The notes under the pieces were generated by a model, which had not been told where the DNA came from, searched no databases, and worked only from the letters and a program-made list of their open reading frames with translations. DNA of 64,000 nt from Lineus longissimus (lineage: Eukaryota): the NCBI RefSeq assembly GCF_910592395.1, contig NC_088308.1, positions 434,001 to 498,000 of the forward strand. The letters are read 5' to 3'. The stretch's first letter is position 1; the number at the start of each line of letters is the position of its first letter. Position numbers and translations under genes: made by a program. Shown piece by piece: positions 13,827 through 28,500 of this stretch.

Positions 13827-14986
13827 ATTTTACTAGTGTTCATGCAAAATCCAAAATGGAAGATTTCGATAAACGATATCTTGGTAAAAGGGTTGTTACT
13901 TTATAAGCTCGCTTGAGCCTGCAAGACCAATGACACATGTTATTAGAGTATTTCAAACACTGTATTAGGTAAGCACAAGAAAACAGATATAGATTATCGG
14001 ATGAGCTTTTCAAAGTTTACATGTCGAACGTTAATAAGATGGAAAATAGCAAACTTTGCAGTTCTTTCACCCATCGCAGATAACGAAACGAAACGTGGAA
14101 ACAAGCGCCCACATCTATTATCTTTGCATACCGGCACTGTCCTGCCGATATACCATGCCTAATGACAGGGTAATCACACTTACAACGTGCTGCATGGCGA
14201 TTTAGTAGCCAGCATGGATAACAATTCGGTGGCCCCGCACTGTTTTATGTGTTCATCGGAAGGTTTTTCCTCCATCCTTTGATATATGTGTATGAGGGAT
14301 ATGTCATTTCTGTACTTACTGCACTATGATGGGGACAACGGCCAGGTTTAAGAGAGTATACAGCAAGGTCAAGGGAGCGTTTAACCATCCCTGACAGACA
14401 TTCAAATCTCCAAGGCATTTTGACCAAAAGTCACTCACAGCAATTACATGTAATTCAGTTCTGCGCAGTCCAAGAGAATAAGAAGTGAGCACGCGTTCGA
14501 AACAGTTATTTTAGCAAAAGCTTGTCCACGCTATGATCAGAGATGCCTTCATTTTCATCGAAATTCGGGGATTGAGTGTGCCCTGATTTGAATTTCTGTG
14601 AAGACGACTATGTCGTTGTTCGTGACATGATATAAGTGGCATAGCTCAACTCTATATAAACCCACAGCGCATTGGCCAGTACATGACGGCTCCGTGTCTC
14701 TCAGACAGACGATCTTTCACAAAGATGCCAAAATAAACATGGTATAAAACAGCTTACGAGCTAAAAGATAATCAAACAACACAGGAACAGTACAATATAC
14801 ACAATTCAAATTAAGTTTCATATTGCTATAAAAGTAATATATCAAATTTGCTGAAATACGTTTAATTGCGTATCTTGATTCCTTTTTGTTTTAATAGTCT
14901 TAGCAAGAATGCATTTAATTATCTTTTTTCGTTTAATTTCGCTCTTATTAGAGTGAACATCGTTTTAGATATTGAACTGGGCGATA

Positions 14987-15412
14987 ATAAGACGTCTAAA
15001 TTAAGATTTATTAGAATTTCTTAGCCAGCTTCGACGAAGACGGTGTTGCTGTGGCGTTCTATATTCAACATGGAATTGACTCGGTTTGGTAAATTGTGTG
15101 TTTGTGATGCGTTTGATCATCGTTTGATCATACGTTTGAGACGACATCAAAGATAACGTCTCCGAGTTCACAGATGGTTGCACCGATATCCGGTGAGTTA
15201 TAAGACGTCTAAATTAAGATTTATTAGAATTTCTTAGCCAGCTTCGACGAAGACGGTGTTGCTGTGGCGTTCTATATTCAACATGGAATTGACTCGGTTT
15301 GGTAAATTGTGTGTTTGTGATGCGTTTGATCATCGTTTGATCATACGTTTGAGACGACATCAAAGATAACGTCTCCGAGTTCACAGATGGTTGCACCGAT
15401 ATCCGGTGAGTT
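14987..15412. repeat. Exact 213-bp tandem duplication (14987-15199 and 15200-15412)
   Basis: The two copies look identical by eye, and the ORF track gives identical peptides at 15001..15183 and 15214..15396. Confidence 0.95.
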
Positions 15413-17375
15413 TTCCGTTCTTAGGATTGACAAGGAACTGCATCTATATTCGACATCGTCCTTCTTGTTGCCCTTGTTTATGTCAGCCACTAGTACAGTG
15501 ATGTTCGGAGTGCTGTGACAAGACGATCTTTCATATGTGGTAAGGGTTCACATGCCGTTTATTTCGCATGTTTAATCACGTTTACCACCTTTACAGTAAA
15601 TATATATTCGCGAGAAAGAAATTAGTAAATAATTATAGTAATGAAATATTTTGCACTGTTCTTGATCGTTAAATAATTGATACAGATACGTGCTCTTGGG
15701 GTTAAGTCAATACATAGAGAAGCCCAAGGCTCCATCACTGACGGGAGTCGAACTCATGATTAATGCACCAGTTATATTGATGAAATATAAAACGGTTGGA
15801 TAGTCCGATATAAATCAGCTTGGTGTAAACAGTGCATGGAGGTAACACATTAATCTCGCCTCTGGATCGTAGAGGCATCCAACTAAATCTTATTTGGCGT
15901 CGAGCGACTTTACAATCTGCGGAGTTCCATTTGGAAGGCTTCCACATGAAGACTGTGGATCCAACTAAAGTTCATCCATTGAATGAGTAGGACATCTTCT
16001 CAATTACGGAGAGATCATTAGGACCTAAAGGCTAGCGCATAACTCCACCAACGACCATTACACAGTGGATTTGGCGAGAAATCGTAATTTCCCAATATCA
16101 CCTTTAGTCAGAATTAATACTCGGTTTTAGGAGGGTTAGATATTGTTGTAGAGAAATGATTATTAATCAGGACCTTTTGATGTTGGAAAGTTTTATTTTT
16201 AACTTAATTTCACCAAGCAATCAGTGCAGATTAAACTGAGACCTAAGAACGGCGAGAGTGAACTGGCCATTTATCATTCGCTAAACGACCATTGGTAAAA
16301 AATAGTCGTCAGTTTAGAAACCATTATGACGCCCGTAACAGACACTAATTGGAATAATTGAAGTTCCGGTCTTAAGCGAATCAAGCTCTGAGAGACGGAA
16401 AGCCGCCAAGTGACAAGTGTGATAGGAAGGAGAAACGGATCAAGCCGGTGTAATTATTACAAAAAGAGGTAAGGATAGCGTACTTGAGTAAAGATAAAGG
16501 GTACTTTTTTCTCACCAGCAGTATGATTAAGTACACGATGAACACGTACGAAAGGGCGGGATCGTCAGGGTTTGGGATTTATAATCTGACCGTCGAGTTC
16601 AACATCCGCTAGCCCACTGATCATGACACTCAACTTCTATTCTACGGTAAGATAACTTTCTCTAGCGCATCGTGCTCCTTCAGTCAAGAGCATAGAAGAT
16701 TCTTAAAAGCCAGCGTACAGTTGCTCAATCAGCGTCAGAGACAAACGCCAGCATTAACTAAACTAAGCGGTATCTCCTTCAGTAAATCTCTGTTACAATA
16801 GTTTGGACGCTAACATTACTGCCGATGCTGATCGTGCAAACCAGGCCCTGAGTGAATGGAGAAACGATAACAAAAAGGCAATACCAGGCAGTTAGCAAAT
16901 GCCTAACGACTCATGGGCATGATCGTGACTCGATACCAAACCTGATATGGAAATGGTCGTACTGGATGATTAAAAGAATAAAACTGGTGCGATATGGCCA
17001 TTCCTGTGCTGGAGGTGACTGATCGGTAAGAATGAGGCACAATAATTATGGTAAGATGGGGTGTTCTTCTGCATCTTGCGGCGAATGAATAGAGCTTGGC
17101 ATCTGAGTTGTCTCTCTAGTTCATGCCAGACATTTTATACCATGATGAAGTGTTTGGCCATGACGTAATTCACTACGTTATCATACCAGTGTCGTAGATT
17201 GCCTTTTAAACCATCCTAGTATTCAACCGACTGCTGTTATGCTTATTTTTATTCTTACGTGTTTATGAGGCAATTTGTACGTTCTGATAAGTTTACCTGA
17301 GCCGAGCCTCGACTCACCTATATTCGTTACATCAACAGATGATCAATATCCCATATTTTTGTAGAGTCGATACTA

Positions 17376-17604
17376 CGGTGGCTGGGAAAGGACATCACAT
17401 GATTTTTGTTTTTCAACATGAAAAATGTTTCAGGAAATATCTCAATCGATGGTTATTTATCTCGATCGTGATATCATCTCGATCGCTCGAGATAAATAAC
17501 TCGGGCGATCGAGATATTATCTCGGGTGATCGAGTTATTTACATGTATCTCATTTCCCATTTCATGTTGAAAAAAAATCAAGTGATGTACTTTCCCAGCC
17601 ACCG
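17376..17604. mobile_element. 229-bp MITE with TA target duplication (Tc1/mariner-type)
   Basis: Ends TA|CGGTGGCTGGGAAAG and CTTTCCCAGCCACCG|TA. The imperfect TIR extends about 48 bp, and the interior carries repeated TCTCG/CGAGA motifs. Confidence 0.85.
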
Positions 17605-17929
17605 TACGATGCCGTACATTGATCAATAATCGCTTAAATCACGTCGCATGTCAGGATTACACATTGAAAGGAAAGCTAACAATTATTTATGATAGTTTCC
17701 TCCTGAGAAACATAAAGATAAATTTAATTAGAAACTGACATCAGCAAATGCGAATACCATTGTAAAAAAATCGCCAAATGATTTTCTAAGTTCGTTTAAA
17801 ATCAAAACTCCACGTGTAGACAGGCTGAGTGAGGTAGCCAATCTTCGATATTGTCACCAGAGTGAGTTTCCACATAATTCCGTTTCCTCATGAGTCAAGT
17901 GTGAGTTGAGGCAGCCTCGTCACAGATCG

Positions 17930-18036
17930 TTGCACCTCCGCCAAATCCTGGCGCAAGGTTGGATTGCAGCAACGTTGACAGGAGCGATCGACCACCCAAA
18001 TATCACGAGATCTCGCAGGGAGGCGCGTGGTTTTAC
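17930..18036 (+). repeat. Dispersed repeat, copy A (homologous to 33575-33680)
   Basis: About 107 bp of strong similarity, including an identical run ACCCAAATATCACGAGATCTCGCAGGGAGGCGCGTGGTTTTAC. Confidence 0.85.
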
Positions 18037-21000
18037 CAATCATTGGCCTTTAAAATGGCAACTATCGAAGTTCCAGATGCAAGAAAAGTAGGTCATTTCG
18101 CGAAAACGACAAATACCACTGGATGTATTGACCAAAGCTCCCATGGCATTAAGTTTTTAGTCATCTAGCCCCAGCGACAACGAAATGTGTTCTGACGACG
18201 GAAGACGAATGCCATGCTATTGTGTAAGCGTTCTGTAGGCGAGCTAAAAAGAGGAAGGCAACTGCGGGCAAACTACTCTACAATGAACCCCCCTGTCATG
18301 TTAGCTGTGATGGAACAGATAGAAATGGTAAACCAAACTGGCGGTAGTACGTGGGGAGAATATTTTGGTAATATGAATAACAACTTCCACACAAACTTTT
18401 CTGATCTTATTGGCGGAAATGGTCTTGAAATTAACAAGACAACATTGCTATGCCATGCCATGGCAAATTAAGGAGTGCGTTTTTTTGTGAAAAAATGAAT
18501 GAAATTAACGAGGTCTGATCTTCTAAGCTTGAAGCATTGCTAAGATAATCAAAGCTGGCGCCAGTAAATTCATTCTAGTACCTGTCACGATTACTGCAAT
18601 TATCCCAGACTTTGCTGACAAAATAACGGGGAACGAAATACGACGGATCAATCGAAAAACATATCGATCCCATCTGCAATCTCACCATTTTCTTGTTATC
18701 TCAATCACGGGGAGTCTCAAATCAGCTCACAGGCATTCAAATGTCGTTAAAGTGCAATTTTTCTTCCGGCCATTGACACCTTCAATTCAAAAGCAAGATC
18801 AAGAAGAGAGAGGTATTTTTTAATTCGTCCATGATTTGCGTCATCGAAGAGTGATTAATTGTCTGCCTACCAACGTTTCTTACTGATACAGGCATATGGA
18901 AAACAGGGCAGAACCATGCAACATAAACATGTATGGCTAAACGAAGTAAATGTTCTAGCTCATCATATATCCAATCGAGCTAGCAATAATATTTCATGAA
19001 ATGCTGCCCCATTGGTGATCCTACCATCATTATAAATACGCTCATATCCCGGTATATCTTTGTGCTAATATATTGAATTGTCGTCCCATCTATATGAGCA
19101 ATATTCAATAAGCCAGGCCGCGACGTATTACAAAGTGTTCGCAATCGAGGGATGGCGGACGCGCATAAGCAGTTGGCGTATTCCCAGTACGGTAGACCAC
19201 ACGATTTCCCTGGATGCAAAGTACTGTGGATATAATCCCCAATACAATATCGGATACAGGCTTTTGGTTGAACATGCAGAAGGGCCTATGAATGCAGCAG
19301 AATCGAATCAATTACATGAAATCTCTAGACTCCCATGGGGTCTAAAACACCCTTCACATGTCATAATGTTCATAAAGTTCACCATCCTTTGGGGCAGAGA
19401 GAACATTTAAATCTGATTTCCTCCATCACGTTAAATGGTCAATAATCTTCGCCTGTCCAAGATTGTCAGCAAGGCTTTACAATTGATGTGTAGTCAAACT
19501 CGAGTCATAATGTCATCCTGCTGAATCGTGAATTTTGCTTTCCTAATTTGCCCGATTTCATGATGTTTTGACCATATCTGAATAGCTTCAAGGTTAATAT
19601 CCATTCAATCCTCATCAATACGAGCTTACACTCCCTTGATTCGCAGAAAGTGAGTTTCCTTCACGGAGGTCTCATGTTGCTTTATTCCTAAATCAAACAG
19701 ACTTCAATCAGAACCCGAGCTTTCACGACTCTCAGATCTGTACCAAAGTCGAGAACAATATATTCCTGAACAGACTATACTCCACAGCGGCGTTGTAAAT
19801 TAGACTCCTTGTTCTCACGGGATGTTTACGTGTCATGACCACTTTCTTATTAGGTTGGCTGGCGATTCTGAGCATGGGGACGGACTCTGATTGCCATAAA
19901 ATTGACTTGCATGTTGGCGTTGGCTTTCGTGTCCCTGAAAACAACGTCAATAACGAAATTGATATGCACTTATTCGACACTGCACTAAGACGTTAGCAAT
20001 TAGTTAAACTTGAGCCGAATTCGATACATTTCGTCAATAACTTAGTCCAATTCCAAACCAATAAGCAGGATATTCTTTGAATCTTTTTCTGAGACTGAAT
20101 TGGGATACGATTCGTAGTAGTATCTTCTTGAATATATCTCATCATCCCCTGCGTCCTTGATATTTCAAGGTCCAAAAGAGTTTCAGAGTTTGCATATAGG
20201 AACGAAGCGTCTCTGACATATTCGCAACATTTGAGATGTGAATTCTATATCCATTCAGCTTTAGGATATCTCAGGCGAAATATAGTCCTTGACAACTTGT
20301 ATCCTGCCAACAATGGCTCTTGGATGACATTACTCTTGCGTGGAAACCAAAGTTCCGAGGTTATATGATAATTGCCTTGCCTAGTTTGCTCGCAAGTAAC
20401 AATAACAAACCGATGATGGCCCAACCGTACATTAACCACAACATCGCGCACCAAGGAGAAGACAGTTAGCGATATTATTGATGAATAAATCAACCATAAC
20501 AACTCTAGGCCATTTGTTTAGACAATGCAGTCAGGCTATTGGATTTCCATCACCAAGTATATTTTCTCGCCAATTAAGTGTCATTTTTTTAAACGACAAC
20601 TGCCTAAACGGGCCAATCTGGCGGAAGATAAACATTCAATGACAAAAAATGGTCCGAAAAGGCCGGGCAGTCTTCTGTTGTTCCTGATTCGCTTTGTCAG
20701 GTCCTTGCTTTGCATAGTCTTTGTCTTTGTTTGCTATGCCTTTTCTTTCTTTGTCTTTTTCACTTCGTCTTTCTCTTTCTCCTTGTTTCATTATCTTTAT
20801 TGGCTGTAAACCACCTTTGCTCCACAACAGCTGGGATTATTGTAAAGATGTATCCGCAGACTTGGATATGATGGAGCTGCCTCAATACCTAGCGCTGCCG
20901 CCTGTCACAAGGTCGCAACTAGATGTCTTTATTAGCTCTGATATTTTGATCTAGACCACAAACGTGCCGTCTGCCCCTCACAGATCGAATATTACAAAAG

Positions 21001-22516
21001 CAATATCAACACGCATCTGGCAACGGGATAAAAAATGTTCTGTGAGATCTCCTTTTTTCTAGGTGGCTATATTGTATCGTAGAGCGAGTAAAAAATATCA
21101 TACAGAACGGAACAAACAAGGTCTCTGGTATCTCTTGATACGGCTACGTGGCTCGAGAGCATTGAGACCGACGCATTTGAAATGTAGCAAACAGCCAGAG
21201 GTGAGACAGAACAACTCGCCGAATGCCAAGGGAACCGTTCCAAGTCATTCCCTTTTTGTCCTGAACCACCTCTTTGTCTTTCGGTTTATCAGAAACCTTC
21301 TTGTCTTTCCACAAAGGAGGGATAACCGCGATGGGCCATAGAGGATCAACAACTCGACCCTAGAATCAAACATTCTCTACCTTAAGATCCACAATCATCA
21401 TAAAAAAGCGATTGTAAGGACGACTCATCTAACGAGAGTCACGTAGGAGGTACGGCGTTGTCTGAGGATTGACAGTGTTGTCAGAGGAGTGGAACATATA
21501 ACGGATGGTCGGATTTTTAACAACACAATGAAGCAAGCTGATGTGGAAACAATAAGATCTGGTGCGTCCGGGCTGGTTTTAAAACACAGGTTTGCCGGGG
21601 TGCAAAAATCCGAGACAACATTACAAAGAAACCCGGGCCACATAAGAGTCATCCCGTCTCACTTTGGCTGGAGTAATGCAACCTCGATTCTTTAAATCAA
21701 AACTGTTATACGTTAGTTCACTAGGCCGATTCCTTTGACTTAGCACTAATGATCTTAATACGGACTTAGCATTTTTGCATTCATGTCAACTGTTTCCGTT
21801 TGAAACTAAAACCGACTCAAGCAACATAATGGTAAGAATATTCGTTCGCATCACATTCATCGGCTGATAATACGGTCGTTTCTGTGTTATGCCCGACCAA
21901 GCCAGCAACGGTCGACCCGCTTTCAACCTTGCACAACCTTGCTGCACAAAAATATAATCACTGGCATTGCCAACTTCAATAAGCAAATGGTGGGAACCAA
22001 AGATCAAAGTGCCACTTGATGCAAAGACGTCAATCAGAATGGTCAAATATTTAGTGATAAGCGTCAACGCAATATTGGCGGGCAAAGTGAAAAACGGAAA
22101 GATAACATGAGATGAATGAGGCATAAAAGAACTGGCAGCTGGGTGTCAAACAACTCTCTGCTCTATGATTAGCAAATAAGCTACAAGATACCAGGGAAGG
22201 CAGGTCTTCATCAGTGAAAGCGAGTTAAAAAATAACCGGGTGAAGGTCAAAACATTTTCCGGGGATAATAACAAAAACGAAAGAAATCTGGCAGATACTT
22301 ATTGGCAATTGGAAAAGCATGTTTTTTTGTCAAGGCCACATCATACGTCTCTGCAACATTCGTTCTGAGATACTGAGTTTCATTGGTCTAAAATCATGAC
22401 AGAAAATGAATTGTATCCTGACAGGTGATATTCCGCGCCAGGACTTGAGCACCGCTAGGAATGTTGTATTATTCCCATAATTACCGAATACTCAGCGTTT
22501 TTGGTTTTTTTTGACT

Positions 22517-22545
22517 TGCCTCACTCCACCTAGGTGTATAAATCG
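22517..22545 (+). mobile_element. Fragment of an old SINE central domain
   Basis: TGCCTCACTCCACCTAGGTGTATAAAT resembles the body of the minus-strand SINE at 31838-32018 and a motif I recall from ancient invertebrate SINE families. Confidence 0.35.
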
Positions 22546-25500
22546 GCAGGCGTTGCAGCGTTAATCAGTAGCTGTACTCATTTTCTAAATAACTGACCTT
22601 TTTACATCTCACGCTGACAGTGGGTTAAAACCAGAGACATCTTACACGCTAACTCAGAAAAAGTGCCACTATGCCACAGCGGCTACTAATAATGAACACT
22701 AAGACAGATGAAAAAAAATTGCATCTCTGAATACAATTTCATTCCAAATGCATGAATAGCCGTACCGACATCTAGGATTGCCAATATCACTGCCCATTTC
22801 CTATTAATGAGCACAGAGATTATCGTTTATAGCTTAAGCGGTTCAAAATGTTTCTCCAATGACCAATAGATTGATCTTATCTTTCGCCCCCGATTTGATC
22901 CCGGTACATCCCGTTCCGATTCAAGCGGAAAACGAATCTCCACTCCAATTATCTATTCAACGCAAGCGACATATTGGCTAGCTCAGCCAGAGGTTGGATT
23001 GTGGCGAAAATATGTATGCCGTATAATCTTCTCTGGCCTTGGGGCGCTTAACTGGCCAGCGATTGAAGTCACCTGCTCGAGCGAAAATACTGCTACCATC
23101 CACCCACTCCCAGCAATATCTTTGACAGTTTTAATTGAACGCCCACTTCAAGCGCCAGGTATTATAATTTAGTGATAACAAGCGAAAACGCCCTTGTTGT
23201 GCCAAAGGGGGTAGCAATGAATATAAATTACAACTGGAGTGGTTATTCTTCGCAAGCCGGCAACCGAAATCTCCTATTTTCGCCTCCGACAAGATAATAA
23301 TCAAAGGATATGTGTTAGCGTTTCAACAGATCTCTGTTAATCGAGGTGCTATTGGAATCAGATCATCCGTACATTGTTTTGTGCTGCCGTAAAATCTAAT
23401 TGTCCACATTTCCTAAATGGTGATGAATTACTCATAGTAATTCATTTCCAAAAGTAGCAATTAATCAAAACAAGGACATCAGGAAGTCGTCGGGGCTCCA
23501 TATTAACAAATACACAAAACCACTCGAGTGGGATTTCTGAGGTATCAGACTACACCCGAGTGATGGTCGTTGAGGGGGTTTCCTTGTATCCTCGTTTCCC
23601 CAAGTTTTACACACTCCTTCTCGTATTTTCACAAATTTTCCAAATTTCCTTTGTAGTGATAAAAGCAAGAGTGAAAAAGTCATGGATCTCAGAATGGGAA
23701 TCAACTAACTCCTAATGCGCTCGAAGGATTAAAACAGATCAACACGACTTGCATCTATCCTATCAATCATGAGATCATTTTGTTGGAAGATGATGATAAT
23801 GTATTCTTATCATAATCTAGTTGCTATTTTCCTTTTGACAATGCTGAGAACATTGGAAGTTTATACAGTAAGAAAACCTTCTTTATGTAATAAATTCTAT
23901 GTTGCAGGCTCCTTGTTGTTTGGCTTTTTGAGAGCAAACTGCATGCTGAATAGATTTACTGAATGACTTGTTTATATAGACCAGGAGATCAGTTTAAAAC
24001 TTTACCAGGTCATTATGATTGGATAATAGCACTTAAATCAACCAAAGTAGCCGACACAGCTTTAGCAACTGACCGCATGTTCATCAGACAACAAGGTTAT
24101 GGAAGATCAGGTTGATGTCGATGCTAATCTGTGGCGTTATGGCTTGTTATCAAATGGCGAACAAGCAATGGAGTGGATTTTTTATTTTCAGTTTCATCTG
24201 TTGACAGCAGCTGCTTGATTATTTCAAACACGTGTCCTTATTGCTGAACACCAAATGCCACTTCAAGTTATCAAATATGCCCAGCTGTTGTAAACATTGT
24301 GCACGGTGATGGTTGTGACATCCCTCTGGTCGGATCTGCGGTATCCTTACGAGCCAATCTATATGGTTATCGAATATTACTAGGATCAGCCATAATGCTA
24401 CATCAATCTCTGGAGAATCAACATACGGATGTCATTAGGACTGGACCAACAGATCAAACGGGCTATTTAAATTGAATTTTGTGTGTTGGTCCCCAATAGT
24501 CCTCTAGTTCCGTTTGAGGACTGACACGTTTATGATTTGGAGATAATTATGTTTTAACGTCTCGGTACTAACTTCCTTCGCTTCTACTCTCTTTGACTAT
24601 CCGACACAACTACTTACTTTGTCATGACGAAGAGTCAATCAAAAAGAATATTTTATCTCTCAAGTATATTCAGAGAACTAAACTTCTCAAAGTCCTCATG
24701 ATCACACCAATTGAGTCACTTTCAACCAACACTTTTGAACTTAACTACAATATATTGGTTGTGATGTTACATATCATGCAACACCTCGCTACTGAGGATT
24801 CATCAAGATATATTTCTCTTTGAAATGTACAATTTTCTGCAACTGCTACTGTGCCGCTTTCAAGATGATATATTTCTCTCTAACATGTTAAAAGGCAGCC
24901 ATAGATATCACATATCGATGTTGCAGTAAGCATGTTACTTGTATACTGTTTTGTGTCACCAAATACCAACGCAATTTAAAAAATACATCTGTACAAGGTA
25001 GGGTAATTCATCAGAGAAGAAGGCAAGGGAACTCGGGACACCTTTCGATAAAATCGGGTTTACCTATTTTTCGATTGAACTCAATATGATTAACGCATGC
25101 TAGAACATTTCACAGCCTTTGCTCAGAGAAATCACACGACTTTGTGCTATTCGTAAATGAGGTATTTTATCTGCCTTTGTGGGAAAAGGGGTTTCTTAAT
25201 GTCACAAAATGCCATTCTGGTGTAATGACGTCAATGTATGGTGGATACGCGGATCGATGCGCTATGCTGAAAAATGCTGAGAAATGCTGATTTTGCGTTC
25301 ATCAGCGGATCTGGTGTAGGTCATTATGCCAGCAAGACTGTTCGACAATAGAAAAGTCAACAAAAAACTAAACTTTCCCTTCTTGAAGAGGTATGCATTG
25401 GTTAAACTGAGTGAATCATAGGATTTTACCTTTAACGCTGGCTCTGACTTTCAACTACACTGTACATGAGAAGGCAGTGCAGCCTCCATTGTTCCGACTT

Positions 25501-28500
25501 TTGTTAAGCAAAATAACAATACATTAAGCAACGGCTAGTGAATAGAGGACCATTGTCCTGTGCAAATGTCATGGTCTCAAAAGGATATCAATGTCATCAA
25601 ATGCCAAAAAACGGATGACAGCGCTGTATGATATCAAAGTTTCTCTTCCATTGTCACACGTCAGCGGCAATGCTGTCTGTGTCAACCTCGTTCCCCTCTT
25701 CAATATATGCCAGGCTCTACCTGTGACGCTACGCTTTTGCGAGGCCCATGGGTCGTGTAAAGGGTAAACCAATTTAAGCTAAAGTGACACGTCGTTTCCT
25801 TCCTCAATGTTGTTTGCTATATTCTCAGTAGTATGCACGTTAACCTTGGCCGAAATGTGACCTTCATTCACGTTAATGAATGAAAACTGAAGAAGTCGTC
25901 ATGGTCTCTCTTGTTGTCATTAGACCGATATGGTATACTCAATAGGCAGATGTCTATAAATCAATGCGAAACTGAGTTCGGGATAACTGCTAAATTCTGA
26001 TCCTTTTAATTTAACTATAAGGAAATAGGGTTCTATTTACAATATTTTCAGAGCAATGATTCTCACATACGCACAGACACTGATTGTTCCATAGTTCACA
26101 TAATAGAGCAGTATTGAGCAATAGTTTGCATCCATCAAAGGATGATTAGTACGCTCAGTGATAATGATAATTGTCGCCACTGATTTGCAGTCTAGATAGG
26201 CTGGAGACAATCATTCTACACAAAAACTTTCGATAGATACCGACCACAGTACAGATCGAATAGCCCTCGTCTGCAGATACAGTTGTGCTCGGACAGATAG
26301 CATAAGAGTGCACCCACATTGACGAACACTGATAATATCTCTGACAAAATATTCAAATCGTCAACCCTGTTCATACTCATCCTCTGTGAACATCAATCGC
26401 GCTGACTCTTTGCTGGGATATTTGACAACTGTCAGCGAGGATCCAATAATCACTGTGATAAATGGGATATAATAGATTTTGGCAGGTGGCATTTGATCTC
26501 TGTGATCAATTCCTTGTTGTTGGATAAATGAATGCGCTTGTTATATATACGACCATCTTTACTCTCAAAGTTGAAGTCGGAGTGGGAGTCTCACCTTCTG
26601 TATTATCAATTGGTCGACATCGGACGAAAGCCTAATATTTTATCAAATAATACTTTCCCACATGCGTCCCCACCCCTTCCACAAATCCACCAAGTCGTCA
26701 ACATGTAAACTCAAATATCGCTTGACCCATTTTCTTATTGGAAAAAGACGATATAATCAACAGTCTACAACTAAATTATTTATTGCCTATTTATTCACTG
26801 GCTTTTGACACAACGTGTCACTTTGGCGTCATTTTGGTATCATACCAGTTATACACACCATATCACTTTGTAGTGTAGACAGATTTCCTGACCATCAACT
26901 AATGAATCCAGACCATCAACTAATGAAATGAATAAATAAGGCAATCTAGCTGTCAAGCAGTCTACCCATAAATGCAGTGACCAACTTAAACGAGGGGATT
27001 TAGGCAGCAAACGAGAGAAAGATACACACTCCCCTGAGGTTGATGAACGATACCAAACCGTCCGAGTCGACAATTTCCATGCTTACTTATCCTTAAGTGT
27101 CAGTTTTCGCAATGCAAACCTAATACATCTAAAAGGTCCATCTTTTGGGCTGTGACAATTGAATCTTTTTGTTTCTTTGGTAATCATAATCATAATCATA
27201 GGCCCATAACTGGGTTTATTGTGACACTGTTGCAATAGAAAAGACATATCATTGCAGAGGTGCCCTGAGAAAGATTCAGTGCGTTATATTATAATTCTCA
27301 CTCTCGCCAATTGGTCAAGGTCGCAACGTGAAAGAAGGGATAAGACTTCTTTAACATAGGTATCACCTAGTCAAGTACCTCGTCAGTCGACTAGCCTGGA
27401 CGAATGAGGATTAGCAAAGCTATAAATTGAGAGAATCATTGACTAATAAAGAGCTAGATCACGTCTTATTCAAAGGCGATGGTCGTTCTTGATAAGCTAT
27501 TCCTATTCCAGTTCAGAAAATGAACGGAGTAACCGCCAAGCAATCAAGAAACGAATTAGCTGACTAAAAAACGGCCTACAGCTTTGTCATGTTTACTACC
27601 CCTGGCTCCAGTCCCTAGAAAATGCTGTCAAATTTAGCGTACCAGTGTCCGTAGATTCCGAAACATGACTGCAGGGCAGGCTGTATGTAATTGGTCTCCC
27701 GATAGGCAACCTGACATAAAATTTATGTTATTGGAAATTGATAATTCCACGAAGGCAATAGCAGAACCATCGGTGCTTTTGTTGCAGGTTAGTGGTTCGC
27801 GCTGATGGATCACCAGCCCATAAGCAGAAGAATCTAATAGATTATTTCCAATAACTGATTACTATTGGGAAAACGCAGCAGAGTACAACCCCCGTAATTT
27901 GAAGCCAGTGGTGCAAACATTCTTTATCAAGTTAGATTTCATCTTCGACATTACTTGCACTCAACTCGTCCCAAACGTTACATCAGAACCTGCTAAATTA
28001 TGTTTTCGAGGATCGTATTTTTGGAACTTTCAGATATGTCGTGGCCACCTTTATCAATTGAAATGAAATGGTAGGCAAAATGATGTCAGTGTTAAAATCC
28101 CTGGGGAGTTTCAAATGTCATGCACGATTTATTTACTAAAAATGTATTGCATCTTTGATCTTGATTTAGAGTCTAAAAGTCATGAAAAGTTTTTACCAAC
28201 GTGCTTTATGTTTTCAGAGAATGCACTTTTACTCTATTACAGTTCACGGTTGTTTTGTCTAACAAATGTTCCTCAGTTCTATCTGACGTGTCTGAAGTCA
28301 AAGTAGAACAGTGGAATAAAAGTACTTTACACTCAATGCCTCGTTTCTGTTTGTACATACACGTTTTCTTGATGGACGCCTAAATAGCTTTAAATTGATA
28401 GTAAGCTCCATCATCAGAATGTATTGTGTGTACATCGAATTCAACTAAAACATCTTTAAGCGTTTTACAATATGATTTATATGGCTCTTTTGGGAGCACT

